64,000 bases of DNA from Candidatus Bathyarchaeota archaeon (GCA_963815095.1 CAWFFH010000005.1:64001-128000), one strand, 5' to 3'. Positions 49,122-59,486 are shown, counted from the first letter of the stretch. Notes: a model not told the origin generated them from the letters alone. Made by a program: numbers and translations.

Positions 49122-50255
49122 ATGTATCGAACTGGTGTTGCGAACCTGCCTCTTCATGGCGGCAAGGCTCCTTCTTGGCTGACTGTGCGCATGCGGAAGC
49201 TGGCTAAGGAAATAGCTGGCATCATGATTGAAGAGCAGGGCACCGACAAATTCCTCGCACGCCTCTCCGACCCATATTGGTTTCAAGCTTTTGGCTGTGT
49301 TTTGGCTTACGATTGGCATAGCAGCGGCGTAACAACGGTCGTCACTGGTATCCTCAAGGGCGCTCTTTCACCCGAAGAGCATGGCGTAGCAGTTTGCGGA
49401 GGAAAAGGCAAAACGTCGCGGAAAACCCCCAGCGACATCGAAGCAGTCGGCGAAAAATTTGGCTTTTCGCAAGAAACCATCGATGAACTCACCTACACAA
49501 GTCGCATAACCGCCAAAGTCGACAATACCGCCATCCAAGCCGGATACCAACTCTACCACCATGCCTTCATGGTGACTAAAGACGAAAAATGGGCAGTTAT
49601 TCAACAAGGGATGAGCCATGAAGACCGCTCTGCAAGACGGTACCATTGGCTAAGCGAAAACACCCGGTGCTTTGTCGAGGACCCCCACAACGCTATCGCA
49701 TGCAACGTCAAACGTGACCGCGCCCTTAATATGGTGGCAAAACAAAGCGAGGCAGCACGCAAAGCCTCCGTCGACCTCTCGAAGGAGCCTACACGTAAGC
49801 TCTTGAACCTATTTCAATCCGCAGCAAAACCTCTAAACCAGACCTCACTGCAACAATGGCTTCCCAAATCAACTGACCCATGGCTTCAAACCCAAACAAG
49901 GCTCAACATGCCCAGAAATATCAACTGGGACACTCTTGCACGCGTCTACGAGTTTCAACCAAGCAACTACGAGGAATTGCTCAGCGTAAAGGGCGTTGGA
50001 CCGGCAACTGTGCGTGGATTAGCGCTTGTCGCTGAATTGATGTATGGCGAGGCGCCAAGTTGGGAAGACCCAGTAAAATTTAGTTTCGCCTACGGCGGAA
50101 AAGACGGTGTTCCTTTTCCAGTGAACCGTCAAGCGATGGATGAGTCCATAGAAATCCTCAAGCAAACGGTGAAGGAGGCCAAAATCGGTGAAAAAGAAAA
50201 ACTCCAATCGCTACAAAGGCTGCGTTGCTTCGTTCCAGCGAACGCAAATTCTTAA
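49122..50255 (+). CDS. DUF763 family protein
   Basis: ANLPLHGG.AP.WL, LSDP.WFQAFGC...DWHSSG.TT, AKVDN.A.Q.GY.LYHH, GVGP.TVR.L, FAYGGKDG.P.PV. Confidence 0.9.
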   Translation: MYRTGVANLPLHGGKAPSWLTVRMRKLAKEIAGIMIEEQGTDKFLARLSDPYWFQAFGCVLAYDWHSSGVTTVVTGILKGALSPEEHGVAVCGGKGKTSRKTPSDIEAVGEKFGFSQETIDELTYTSRITAKVDNTAIQAGYQLYHHAFMVTKDEKWAVIQQGMSHEDRSARRYHWLSENTRCFVEDPHNAIACNVKRDRALNMVAKQSEAARKASVDLSKEPTRKLLNLFQSAAKPLNQTSLQQWLPKSTDPWLQTQTRLNMPRNINWDTLARVYEFQPSNYEELLSVKGVGPATVRGLALVAELMYGEAPSWEDPVKFSFAYGGKDGVPFPVNRQAMDESIEILKQTVKEAKIGEKEKLQSLQRLRCFVPANANS

Positions 50256-50280
50256 ACCAAGCTTTCCAAATAGTAAATGT

Positions 50281-50883
50281 ATGCCATCTTCAAGAAAGGT
50301 TGTTTTCCAAAGGACGGGTGCAATTGCTGGAATAGTGGCGCCGGTATTGGGGCTCAGTTGTATTCTCGCCGCTGTTGCGTCCTATTCAGCCTTTAGCTGG
50401 ACAAATAATGCGTTAAGCGACTTAGGTATTATGGCCGGCGTGACAAGGCTATTCTTCAACTTTGGACTCATTGGTAGCGGGTTCTTAGCCTTGCTCTTCG
50501 CGGCACTGGGTTTGTTTAACTATTCTGGTGAAACGTTAGTTGGTAAAGTCGGCGCGTGGTCTTTTGAAGCGGCAACAGTAGCGCTCATCGGAATTGGCAT
50601 ATTCAACGAGAACTTTCAAGGAACACACTACATATTGTCGGTAGCGTTCTTTGTCTTGGCACCCATTTCACTATTTATTTTGACCTATGCATTTTGGTTC
50701 AGCCATAAAAAAGGCATGGCAGTTTTCACCGTTCTTGTCGGCGTTGCGGCAGCTTTACCTTGGCTTTTACAATTTGCATTTAATTATGTTTCTAACGTTG
50801 CTATCCCAGAATTTTTGTCAGGATTGGCTATTTCAGTTTGGACTATTGTGCTTAGCAGAAAAATATTAAGCTTTAAAGTTTGA
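50281..50883 (+). CDS. DUF998 family membrane protein
   Basis: FSW..NALSDLG, FN.GLI, GIF.E...H; ATG at 50281. Confidence 0.75.
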   Translation: MPSSRKVVFQRTGAIAGIVAPVLGLSCILAAVASYSAFSWTNNALSDLGIMAGVTRLFFNFGLIGSGFLALLFAALGLFNYSGETLVGKVGAWSFEAATVALIGIGIFNENFQGTHYILSVAFFVLAPISLFILTYAFWFSHKKGMAVFTVLVGVAAALPWLLQFAFNYVSNVAIPEFLSGLAISVWTIVLSRKILSFKV

Positions 50884-51865
50884 CAGCGTCAACGTACATT
50901 TGAGCGCAACAAAAAGAGGAAAAAACTGTTCCATAACCCTTGCTCTTCGCATACTCAATCGCTAATTCGCTGGGGAAAGCAACTGCGTCTACTCCTGCCT
51001 TTAAAGCTAAAACGTCCGTTTCGCTGCGGCTTAAGCCTTTGGGACGCATACACCCTAAGATCAGTGGCGTTTCTGGAAACATCAGCCTTGCCAACACCGC
51101 TACTTTGGCTATGTCGACTGGTTTTGGAGGAGGTGTCTTTGCCATTACGGTGCCGTGGATGGGCATAAACGCGATAATCACAAGAGCAGCGGGTTTGATT
51201 TGCTTTATCATTTGGAGTGCTTTCAGTTCGCCATCGAGTTTGCCTTCGTTTAACCCAACGATAACATGGGGTACAACGTGCAATTTGGCATTTTGCAGCG
51301 CTTTAAGTGAGTCAGAGTAGTTTTGAACTGTTATCTTAAGGTTATAGATTTTCTTGACCGTTTCTGAGGAGCCTATAACATCCATCAAGGTCGCGTCAAC
51401 TTCCGCTGTTTTAAGTGCTATGGCGGTTTCCTGGTTAATTATGCCCGTGTGGACAAAAACCGTTAAGCCCAACTCTTTCTTAAAACGCCCAAGCACAGGA
51501 ACAAAATCATCCAAAGGTACCGAACCGTCGGTTAAGCATCCTCCGCTAACAAGGCAACCGACAGCACCATTCTGCTTGAGTTTAATGCCCAATTCAAAGA
51601 GTTTCTCGGGCGAGAGGGCGGGATGCATGGTTTCAAGCACTTTACCGCCACAATGCTTGCAGTTCAATGAGCAGGCATTGCCTGTGATGGAGATGGTTGG
51701 GAACGCAGTTGCGGTGGAGCAGTAATGTTTGGTTTTATAATAGGTGAAGCTAGGCGCGTAAAAGCGAATTTTGTTTTCTCTTGGCTTGAAGTTTTCTGAA
51801 TTGAGCAAATCTAAGAGTTCTGTTTCGCTTGAGTTCCAGATTGCTTGTACCGAAAGCTGTACCAT
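50873..51865 (-). CDS. lipS1: Radical SAM protein, archaeal lipoyl synthase subunit LipS1
   Basis: SITG..CSLNCKHC, G.LVSGG, HTG, VPH, LGCMRP and a C-terminal CC motif characteristic of LipS1. Confidence 0.8.
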   Translation of the reverse strand: MVQLSVQAIWNSSETELLDLLNSENFKPRENKIRFYAPSFTYYKTKHYCSTATAFPTISITGNACSLNCKHCGGKVLETMHPALSPEKLFELGIKLKQNGAVGCLVSGGCLTDGSVPLDDFVPVLGRFKKELGLTVFVHTGIINQETAIALKTAEVDATLMDVIGSSETVKKIYNLKITVQNYSDSLKALQNAKLHVVPHVIVGLNEGKLDGELKALQMIKQIKPAALVIIAFMPIHGTVMAKTPPPKPVDIAKVAVLARLMFPETPLILGCMRPKGLSRSETDVLALKAGVDAVAFPSELAIEYAKSKGYGTVFSSFCCAQMYVDAVKL

Positions 51866-51986
51866 ATTTTTCAAGCCTAAGAATTATTTGCCTTGCTTAA
51901 TAGGGTAGTGCATACTCAGCGGCTTAAAAGACAAAAGAAAAAAATGAAACCCCTTAAATGAAGGGGCTGAGGGTTGCCTCGAACGT

Positions 51987-54767
51987 TTAGGTGTGATCGT
52001 GTTTGCTTTGGTCTTCGGTTGTTTTGCTGAAATGCCTGACGAAAAACTTGCGGATTTCCTCAGCGAAAACAACTAATATAGCTAGCGAAATCAGGAATAT
52101 CCAGTCCGTGAGACCCAGTGCGGTGGTTCCAAAGAACTTTTGCATCAGCGGAACATACACCAAAAACGCCAAGATTGAAAGCTGCGATACTATACCCACA
52201 ACTATCCACTTGTTGGTTTTGAGGCTTGTTTTAAAGATAGATTGTCTGCTGGTTCGACTTGCCAACACGTTTCCGGCTTGTGCAACAACAATTCCTGCAA
52301 ATGTCATCGTGACACCTTTAGCATAAACCCCACTTGTATAGAACGAACTATCCGAAGTCAATGCCATACCGTAGTGCCAGCCTCCAGCCATCCAAGCGCT
52401 CAAGCATCCATACATGGCGCCTATTGCTATGATTACGCCGATGTAGAGTGAGCGCCCAAAGACTTTGCCTGTGAATAATCGTTCTTTGAGGCTTCTTGGT
52501 GGCTCTTCCATTATTCCTGCTTCTGGAGGTTCGCGGCTAAGCGCCAAGCTGGGAATAACGTCTATTGCTAAGTCGATAGCCAAAACTTGTACTACTAGCA
52601 GCGGCAATGGAATTGCCAAAACTGCGTAGAGTACATAGGGGATTAGTTCCGCCCAGTTGTGGGAGAAAACGTAAACGATGAACTTGCGGATGTTCTCATA
52701 GATTGCCCTGCCTGATTCAACCGCTTTAACAATTGATGCAAAGCTATCATTGAGCAAGACTATGTCGGCTGCTTCACGGGCAACGTCTGTGCCTGAAGCA
52801 CCCATGGCAACACCTATATCTGCTTCTTTTAGTGATGGGGCATCGTTTGCTCCGTCACCCGTAACCGCAACAACTTCACCACTTTCCTTGAGAACCTTAA
52901 CAATGCGAAGCTTCTGCTCAGGAGAAACCCGAGCAAAAATTACGTTGCCCTTTTTAACCTCATCCACAATGGCTTGGTCGTTTAAATCTTCAAGGTCCAC
53001 GCCGCGTATTACCTGGGCGAAATCCTTTTCGACTATTCCTACGTCCTGAGCTATAGATTGAGCTGTTGGACCATAATCACCTGTGATAATAACTGTCTTG
53101 ATTCCTGCTTGCTTTGCTTTTGCAACAGCGTCCTTTACTTCCGCTCTTGGAGGGTCACGCATTCCTGCTAATCCTACAAAGATAAGGTCATTTTCGACTT
53201 CTATGCCCTTCTTGTATTCGGATTTGGGCAATTGCTTGTAAGCTACCGCAATAACTCGCAAACCAGCATTAGCAAATTCGCGGATTCTTGCTTCAATCCA
53301 CTGCATATTTTCTTGGTTTAACTCGACAATTTTGCCTTCAATGAGAACTTTGGTGCAGACATCTAGGATGTTCCTTGGCGCACCCTTTGTGTAAATTAAG
53401 ACGTTGCCGTTTAATTTGTGAACGGTTGTCATACGTTTTCGCTCGAAGCTGAAGGGTAAAACATCAAGAATTGGTTTAGCAGCTAGGGCGTCTTGAATGT
53501 TAACGCTTGATTTAAGAGTGGCAACAAGCAAAGCTCCGTCGGTTGGGTCACCGATGACATTCCAGTTTCTATTTTTGTCCGATGGCGGATCCAGCTTGGA
53601 GCCATTGCAGAGGGCAGCAATCTCAAGAAGTTTCTCTAAAGAAGCCGTTTGCCCAATTTGCAATGGCTGACCATTTATTGTGAAATCGCCCTCAGGCTTG
53701 TAGCCTGCTCCAGATACGTCCACTACGTAATCAAAAACCCACAGCTTGTTAACTGTCATTTCTCCTTTGGTGATTGTGCCTGTTTTGTCGGTGCAAATGA
53801 CGGTTACGCTGCCCAAAGTTTGTACAGCCGACAGCCGCTTAACCACCACGTTCTGCTTAACCATCTTTAGCACATTGATGGCTAGGGCACTGGAAACTGT
53901 AACTTGCAAGCCTTCAGGGACACAACATACCATTACTCCAATCATGAATAGTATGCTTGTTGGTAGTGGTACTTTCAAGAAAAGAAAGCTGGCAATAAAG
54001 AAAATTGTACCTACGACTACTGCTATAATAAAATCGTACTTTGCTGTTAACGCTATTTCTTTTTGGAGAGGACTTTCTTCTTCCTTAATTGTCTGGGTTA
54101 AACTTGCGATTCTGCCAAACTGTGTTTCCATGCCTGTTGCATAAACAACTGCTTTGCCTTGACCTTTGGCAACACTAGTGCTCATGAAAACAAGGTTAGG
54201 CGAATACAAGTATGCTTTTTCAACAACTTTAGCTGGTTCAGCAGCACGAGGTTGGGGTTCAGATTCTCCAGTTAAAGGAACATTATTTGTCCATAAATCA
54301 AAAACTTCCATCAAGCGTGCATCCGCTGGAACTCGATCGCCTTCCTCCAAAAAGACAATATCTCCTGGAACAATTTCTCTAACTAAGATTTTTTTGAGTT
54401 CGCCATCTCGGAAAACTTTGGCGTATTCAGGCATCCAACTTTTGAGGGTTTCCATCGCTCTTTCCGCACGCGATTCTTGGAAGATGCTAACGAAAATGTT
54501 CACTAATACTACAGCTAGGATGATTAAGGCAAGTTCAGGACTGCCACTTGCATAAGAGAGAACGGCTGCAACAAGTAGTAGGATACCGAATAGGTCTTTG
54601 AGGTGTCTGATGAATTTGTGTATTAATGGGATTTGTCTTTTTTCAGAAAGTTTGTTGTAGCCATATTTTTTGAGGCGCAATTTAGCTTCTTGGCTTGTTA
54701 ATCCACTTGCTGATGTGTTTAGGTCATCGAAAACCTTGTTAATAGGCATAGAAGCAGCTTTTTCCAT
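51987..54767 (-). CDS. P2-type cation-transporting ATPase
   Basis: LTGES, VPEGL, CTDKTGT, KGAP, DPPR, TGD, TGDGANDAP. Confidence 0.93.
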   Translation of the reverse strand: MEKAASMPINKVFDDLNTSASGLTSQEAKLRLKKYGYNKLSEKRQIPLIHKFIRHLKDLFGILLLVAAVLSYASGSPELALIILAVVLVNIFVSIFQESRAERAMETLKSWMPEYAKVFRDGELKKILVREIVPGDIVFLEEGDRVPADARLMEVFDLWTNNVPLTGESEPQPRAAEPAKVVEKAYLYSPNLVFMSTSVAKGQGKAVVYATGMETQFGRIASLTQTIKEEESPLQKEIALTAKYDFIIAVVVGTIFFIASFLFLKVPLPTSILFMIGVMVCCVPEGLQVTVSSALAINVLKMVKQNVVVKRLSAVQTLGSVTVICTDKTGTITKGEMTVNKLWVFDYVVDVSGAGYKPEGDFTINGQPLQIGQTASLEKLLEIAALCNGSKLDPPSDKNRNWNVIGDPTDGALLVATLKSSVNIQDALAAKPILDVLPFSFERKRMTTVHKLNGNVLIYTKGAPRNILDVCTKVLIEGKIVELNQENMQWIEARIREFANAGLRVIAVAYKQLPKSEYKKGIEVENDLIFVGLAGMRDPPRAEVKDAVAKAKQAGIKTVIITGDYGPTAQSIAQDVGIVEKDFAQVIRGVDLEDLNDQAIVDEVKKGNVIFARVSPEQKLRIVKVLKESGEVVAVTGDGANDAPSLKEADIGVAMGASGTDVAREAADIVLLNDSFASIVKAVESGRAIYENIRKFIVYVFSHNWAELIPYVLYAVLAIPLPLLVVQVLAIDLAIDVIPSLALSREPPEAGIMEEPPRSLKERLFTGKVFGRSLYIGVIIAIGAMYGCLSAWMAGGWHYGMALTSDSSFYTSGVYAKGVTMTFAGIVVAQAGNVLASRTSRQSIFKTSLKTNKWIVVGIVSQLSILAFLVYVPLMQKFFGTTALGLTDWIFLISLAILVVFAEEIRKFFVRHFSKTTEDQSKHDHT

Positions 54768-55398
54768 GTTATTCCGCCAAAATCTTTGTTACTTTGGTTT
54801 TAAGTCATCCTCGACAAAATCTGAAGATGAAGGATGCTAAGGGCACATGAAACAATGCGTTATTTTGATGAACTGGAAAGTTATGATTCATTAATATCCT
54901 CGATAGCTGATTTCATGACGCCATTTTTGGCGATTGTTTTTGAATTATTATCGATTATTGCATTTAAACTAATCGCAGATAAAAGTGTATTTAACTGACA
55001 AGAAATAAAGCAGAACAATGAATATTGTGCAAACGCCTTCTCGTCCATTTAATAGTTTCGCTCCTTAAGCTCCGAATACTTGTTAAGCAGAAAAATAAAA
55101 CTGATTTATTCTTTTTTGCGAATTAGCCTTAACCAACTTGCAAAGTCCAATTAACCGCGCGCTTTTTAGTTCGCACTGTCTTCGACAGGACATTTTCTGA
55201 GAAAAAACGCTCAAAAAGTCATCAAACGTCAATTTTTTACCTCAACTGTTTTCAAAGAATCATGCCATAAGGTTAATAGGCTACAAACTCACTTTCCATG
55301 TAGTTTACCAATTTCAAGAGAGAGTAAATAATGCTTCAAATAATTAAAAAACGAGTCTTTCAAGTAATAAATTCAATTAATTTGGAGTTTGAATAACT

Positions 55399-57615
55399 AT
55401 GGCGCGTTATAGGCAAACTGAAGAAATTGTAAAACTGATGGAAACACCCATTTTTATACGCAATACCAGCATCATCGCCCACGTTGACCATGGAAAAACA
55501 ACCCTCGCCGACAGCCTTCTAGCATCGGCAGGAATCATCAGTACCCAAACAGCAGGACAGAAACTGTTCCTCGACTCATGGGACCTTGAGCAGAAACGTC
55601 AAATGACCGTTTTCGCGTCAAACGTCAGCCTCGTCCACACTTACCAAGAAAAAGATTATCTAATTAACTTAATCGACACACCAGGCCACATTGACTTTTC
55701 AGGCGCAGTAACAAGAAGCCTGCGAGCAGTTGACGGCGCACTCGTGGTTGTCGATGCAGTTGAGGGACCAATGACTCAGACTGAAACCGTTCTAATGCAA
55801 GCCCTAAGAGAACGCGTAAAGCCAATTCTATTTATCAACAAAGTTGACCGATTGATCAAAGAAATTAAACTTTCTCCCCAAGAAATCCAGAAGAAATTTG
55901 CAAAGATTCTCCTAAGAGTTAACACTTTAATCGAGAAATATGCACCTGCCGAGCACAAGAAAGACTGGCAAGTAACAATTGAAGATAGTCGTGTAGCATT
56001 TGGGTCAGCCCTTCACAAATGGGGTTTAAACCTCGATCATATGAAAATGAAGAAAGTCTCCTTCCAAGACATCATTGATGCTTACACTGGTGACCCAATT
56101 GAAGTCGGTAGAAAAGTCGATGAACTCAGCAAAAAAGCACCATTGCCAGAACCAATCTTGGACATGTTCTGCAAACACTTACCAAACCCACTTGAAGCAC
56201 AGCCCTACAGGCAGCCCCAAATTTGGCCAGGCGACGTAGACTCACCAACAGGTCGGGGAATGGCAACAGTTGATCCTAAAGCACCGTTGCTTATGTGCAT
56301 CTCCACCATCGAAGTTGACCCACACAGCGGAACAGTTGCAATCGGCAGAATTTTCAGCGGTTCGATCGAGAGAGGCAAAACCGTTCAACTTTTAAGCAGC
56401 AATCAAAAAGGCACTATTCAACAAGTTTTCATGAGTATGGCCACTGATCGTGTTCTTATTGACCGTGTTCCAGCAGGCAACATTGGAGCTATTTCTGGTC
56501 TTCCATCCATCCATGTCGGAGAAACCATTGCTGAAGAAGGCCAAGTAGTTCATTCTTTCGAAGGCTTAAATTACGTTTCAGACCCAGTCGTAACTGTTGC
56601 TGTTGAACCAGAAGACGTCAAAGACTTACCCTTATTCGATAAAGTCATGCACAAACTCACAACTGAAGACCCCAACTTGCACTTCATTATGAATAAAGAA
56701 AGCGGCGAATTCCTCTTGTCCGGTATGGGTGAACTTCACCTTGAAATCACCGCTTACCGAATGCAGGAAGCAGGCTTAAAAGTTAAACTCAGCAAACCAA
56801 TCGTCATCTTCAGAGAAACCATCAGTCACGATTACAAGGGACCAGCAATCATGGGTAAAAGCCCTAACAAACACAACAAACTCTGGATAACCATCGATAA
56901 ACTCTCACCAGAAGTCATCGAAGCAATTAAATCTGAAAAAATCACTGACATGCAAAGCCGAGATGAACGAACCAAAACTTTAAGGGCACTTGGCTGGACA
57001 CCAGACGAAGCCAAAGGCGCTGTAGCAGTTGAAGAAAACTGCATACTCTGCAACCGAATCAGAGGACGCCAATATGTAGAAGAAATCATTGACCACATAA
57101 AGACCGGGTTCCGAGAAGCAGTCCACACATCCCCCCTCGCTAAAGAACCAGCTTACGGCTTAAAAATCAACTTAGAAGACATAACCCTTCACGAAGACCC
57201 AGTCCACCGCGGCCCCGCTCAAGCTATCCCCATGACTTGGAGGCCAATCTACTGTGCTATTCTCTTAAGCGATCCGAAACTGCTTGAGCCATTGATGAGT
57301 TTTGAATGTAAAGTTCCAAGCGAATATGTTAGTGCCGTCATCACAATGCTAAACAAACGACGCGGAAAAATTCTCGACATGCCCTCAGAAGACGACATAA
57401 TCACCGTTAAAGCAGAAATGCCAGTTTCCGAAAGCTTCGGCATAGCTGACGAATTACGTGGTTCAACTTCAGGAAGAGCCTTCTGGGCAACACAGTTCGC
57501 TCGTTGGGCATATGTTCCAGAGCAGATGCAAGCTGAAACTGTAAAGAAGATCCGCGAACGTAGAGGATTACCACCAGTTCCACCAAAGGCAGAAGAATAC
57601 TTCGAAAAAGAATAA
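55399..57615 (+). CDS. fusA: Archaeal elongation factor 2, probably the divergent paralog (aEF-2p)
   Basis: AHVDHGKTT, DTPGH, NKVD, GMGELHL, SPNKHN, HEDPVHRG; switch I reads RQMTV instead of RGITI. Confidence 0.9.
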   Translation: MARYRQTEEIVKLMETPIFIRNTSIIAHVDHGKTTLADSLLASAGIISTQTAGQKLFLDSWDLEQKRQMTVFASNVSLVHTYQEKDYLINLIDTPGHIDFSGAVTRSLRAVDGALVVVDAVEGPMTQTETVLMQALRERVKPILFINKVDRLIKEIKLSPQEIQKKFAKILLRVNTLIEKYAPAEHKKDWQVTIEDSRVAFGSALHKWGLNLDHMKMKKVSFQDIIDAYTGDPIEVGRKVDELSKKAPLPEPILDMFCKHLPNPLEAQPYRQPQIWPGDVDSPTGRGMATVDPKAPLLMCISTIEVDPHSGTVAIGRIFSGSIERGKTVQLLSSNQKGTIQQVFMSMATDRVLIDRVPAGNIGAISGLPSIHVGETIAEEGQVVHSFEGLNYVSDPVVTVAVEPEDVKDLPLFDKVMHKLTTEDPNLHFIMNKESGEFLLSGMGELHLEITAYRMQEAGLKVKLSKPIVIFRETISHDYKGPAIMGKSPNKHNKLWITIDKLSPEVIEAIKSEKITDMQSRDERTKTLRALGWTPDEAKGAVAVEENCILCNRIRGRQYVEEIIDHIKTGFREAVHTSPLAKEPAYGLKINLEDITLHEDPVHRGPAQAIPMTWRPIYCAILLSDPKLLEPLMSFECKVPSEYVSAVITMLNKRRGKILDMPSEDDIITVKAEMPVSESFGIADELRGSTSGRAFWATQFARWAYVPEQMQAETVKKIRERRGLPPVPPKAEEYFEKE

Positions 57616-57616
57616 T

Positions 57617-57670
57617 ATTCTTTTTCTTTAATTTTGAATTTAGTTTTTTTAAAGTAAAGTTTTTCTTCTC
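57617..57670 (+). terminator. Oligo-T terminator region after EF-2
   Basis: Several T5-T7 runs directly after the stop codon. Confidence 0.45.
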
Positions 57671-57744
57671 ATTATATAGAATCCTGCTTGCTTTTTGGGG
57701 TAAGGCTTTAATGCCAATATTGGATTAAGGTTTAGTGACGATTT

Positions 57745-58335
57745 ATGATAATTGGAATCTGTGGTAGTCCCCGAAAACAAGCCACCGAACACGTTTTGGA
57801 AGAAGCGCTAAAAATGCTGGCGGAGAAGGGTTATGAAACCAAGTTGTGGTCAGTCCACGGCAAATGGGTTGACTATTGCGCACACTGCGATTACTGCCTT
57901 AAAAACAAGGAATGCGTAGTTCAGGATGATTTACAGGAGCTCTATGCGCTATTGACTGGTTGCCAAGGCATCATTTTTGCGTCACCTGTCTACAACGGTG
58001 GAGTAAGCGCCCAAACCAAAGCTGTTATGGACCGTATGCGTGCGGTACTTGCGGCAGACAAAAACTTTTTCAAGGGCAAAGTCGGCATGGGCATCGTTAC
58101 AGGCGGCGACAGGAACGGCGGGCAAGAGTTTGCTCTTATGCAGATGCATTCATTTTTTATAATTAATGGAATGATTCCGGTAGGCGGTGGATTCTTTGGC
58201 GCGAATTTAGGTGCAACTTTCTGGTCTAAGGACACCCTTGAAGGCGTCAAGCAAGATGAGGAAGGCTTCCGCAGCCTAAAGAAAACCACAAAACGGTTCG
58301 CTGAGTATTTAGAACTTTACAATAAAAAGCAATAA
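57745..58335 (+). CDS. Iron-sulfur flavoprotein (Isf family)
   Basis: GICGSPR, CxxCxxCxxxxxC (CAHCDYCLKNKEC), SPVY.G, GG.RNGGQE. Confidence 0.88.
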   Translation: MIIGICGSPRKQATEHVLEEALKMLAEKGYETKLWSVHGKWVDYCAHCDYCLKNKECVVQDDLQELYALLTGCQGIIFASPVYNGGVSAQTKAVMDRMRAVLAADKNFFKGKVGMGIVTGGDRNGGQEFALMQMHSFFIINGMIPVGGGFFGANLGATFWSKDTLEGVKQDEEGFRSLKKTTKRFAEYLELYNKKQ

Positions 58336-58345
58336 TGTGAGTTTT

Positions 58346-58930
58346 ATGACTGAAGTAAAAGTTAAGAAACGAAAAGTTGCCTGGGGTATCACGGGCGCTG
58401 GCGACAAAATCGCTGAAATCATCGAAATCATGAAAGACCTCAAAGCCCAATCCGAAGACACCGTGCAAATTGATGTTTACCTCTCCAAAGCCGCCGAAAC
58501 AATGATAAAATTCTATGGCCTAGAAGAGGAATTAAAGAAGAGTTTTGCCAAGGTAACGGTTGAGACAAATTCGAATATCCCTTTCCTTGCTGGAATGATG
58601 CAGAGCAACAAATACGAGTTCCTCCTGATTATGCCCGCATCCTCAAACACGGTTGCTAAATTAGTCAACGGGATAGGCGACACCCTAATCACAAACTCGG
58701 CAATAATGAGCCTCAAAGCATTCGTGCCCGTCTGGGTTATGCCCGTGGACTACAAAGAAAGCGTAATCTCCACCAAGTTGCCCAACGGCAAAGATATGAA
58801 AATCCGCGTCCGCAAAGAAGAAGCTGATCAAGTCCGCAAGCTGGAAGCCACAGAGGACGTGCACGTGTTCGAGAACCCTGAGAAAGTACGGGAAGGCTTT
58901 TTGGAGTGGCTAAAAACCATTAAACCCTAA
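58346..58930 (+). CDS. afpA: Archaeoflavoprotein AfpA (family that includes dihydromethanopterin reductases)
   Basis: KVAWGITGAG, SKA, PA.SNTVAK...GI.DTLITN, P.D, T.LPNG. Confidence 0.85.
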   Translation: MTEVKVKKRKVAWGITGAGDKIAEIIEIMKDLKAQSEDTVQIDVYLSKAAETMIKFYGLEEELKKSFAKVTVETNSNIPFLAGMMQSNKYEFLLIMPASSNTVAKLVNGIGDTLITNSAIMSLKAFVPVWVMPVDYKESVISTKLPNGKDMKIRVRKEEADQVRKLEATEDVHVFENPEKVREGFLEWLKTIKP

Positions 58931-58932
58931 CT

Positions 58933-59295
58933 TTACGCTATGGATTTTTGGAATGCTGCTGTGTCAAAATAAATAGCGAGCGAAGCTAGTTTTCCGTCTT
59001 TTATTTTCCAAATTTCCTCAACCTCGCTTGAGAAACTATTTCCCTTGGGAGAGGTGAGGTCATAACTAATTAAAGCACAGGCGTTTTCGTTTTCAACAAT
59101 TATCTGTTTTATTTTTAGGCTTTTTATCATCTTGAAGAAATTGTTGTTGACAAAAAGCTCCTTTCGTTTTGATTCTTTGGCTACCGTTCCAGTTAGGAGA
59201 ATTTCTTCCGATAACATTGAGTGCCAGGCTCCTTTTTTTGAAAGACCTTCATAATACTTCTTTAAAATCTCTTTAGTTTCTGATACAGTATCCAT
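58933..59295 (-). CDS. SnoaL/NTF2-like protein
   Basis: Size about 120 aa; E.W..KDGK...L.IYFDT C-terminus. Confidence 0.75.
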   Translation of the reverse strand: MDTVSETKEILKKYYEGLSKKGAWHSMLSEEILLTGTVAKESKRKELFVNNNFFKMIKSLKIKQIIVENENACALISYDLTSPKGNSFSSEVEEIWKIKDGKLASLAIYFDTAAFQKSIA

Positions 59296-59434
59296 TTTTT
59301 TACCTTCTAAAAATTAGTCTAAGAGACTCAAGTTTTTTTGGAACTTAAACCTTTTGACGACAGCAAGCAATTGTAAATCGAGAACGGAAAAATTTCCTAA
59401 ATAATCTTTTGAACTACAGCCTATTCAGAACTAA

Positions 59435-59470
59435 AGAAATAAAAAATTGGTGAGGCTCAATTTGAGCCAA
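59435..59470 (-). terminator. Hairpin plus T-tract after the ABC permease
   Basis: GGCTCAA/TTGAGCC inverted repeat followed on the minus strand by ATTTTTTATTTCTTT. Confidence 0.45.
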
Positions 59471-59486
59471 CAATCGTTGGTTTCGT

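Noticed and set aside
54865-54910. TGATGA...CTGA pair in the long ATPase/EF-2 spacer
   Set aside because: Internal D'/C' boxes are poor; such motifs are expected by chance in AT-rich DNA
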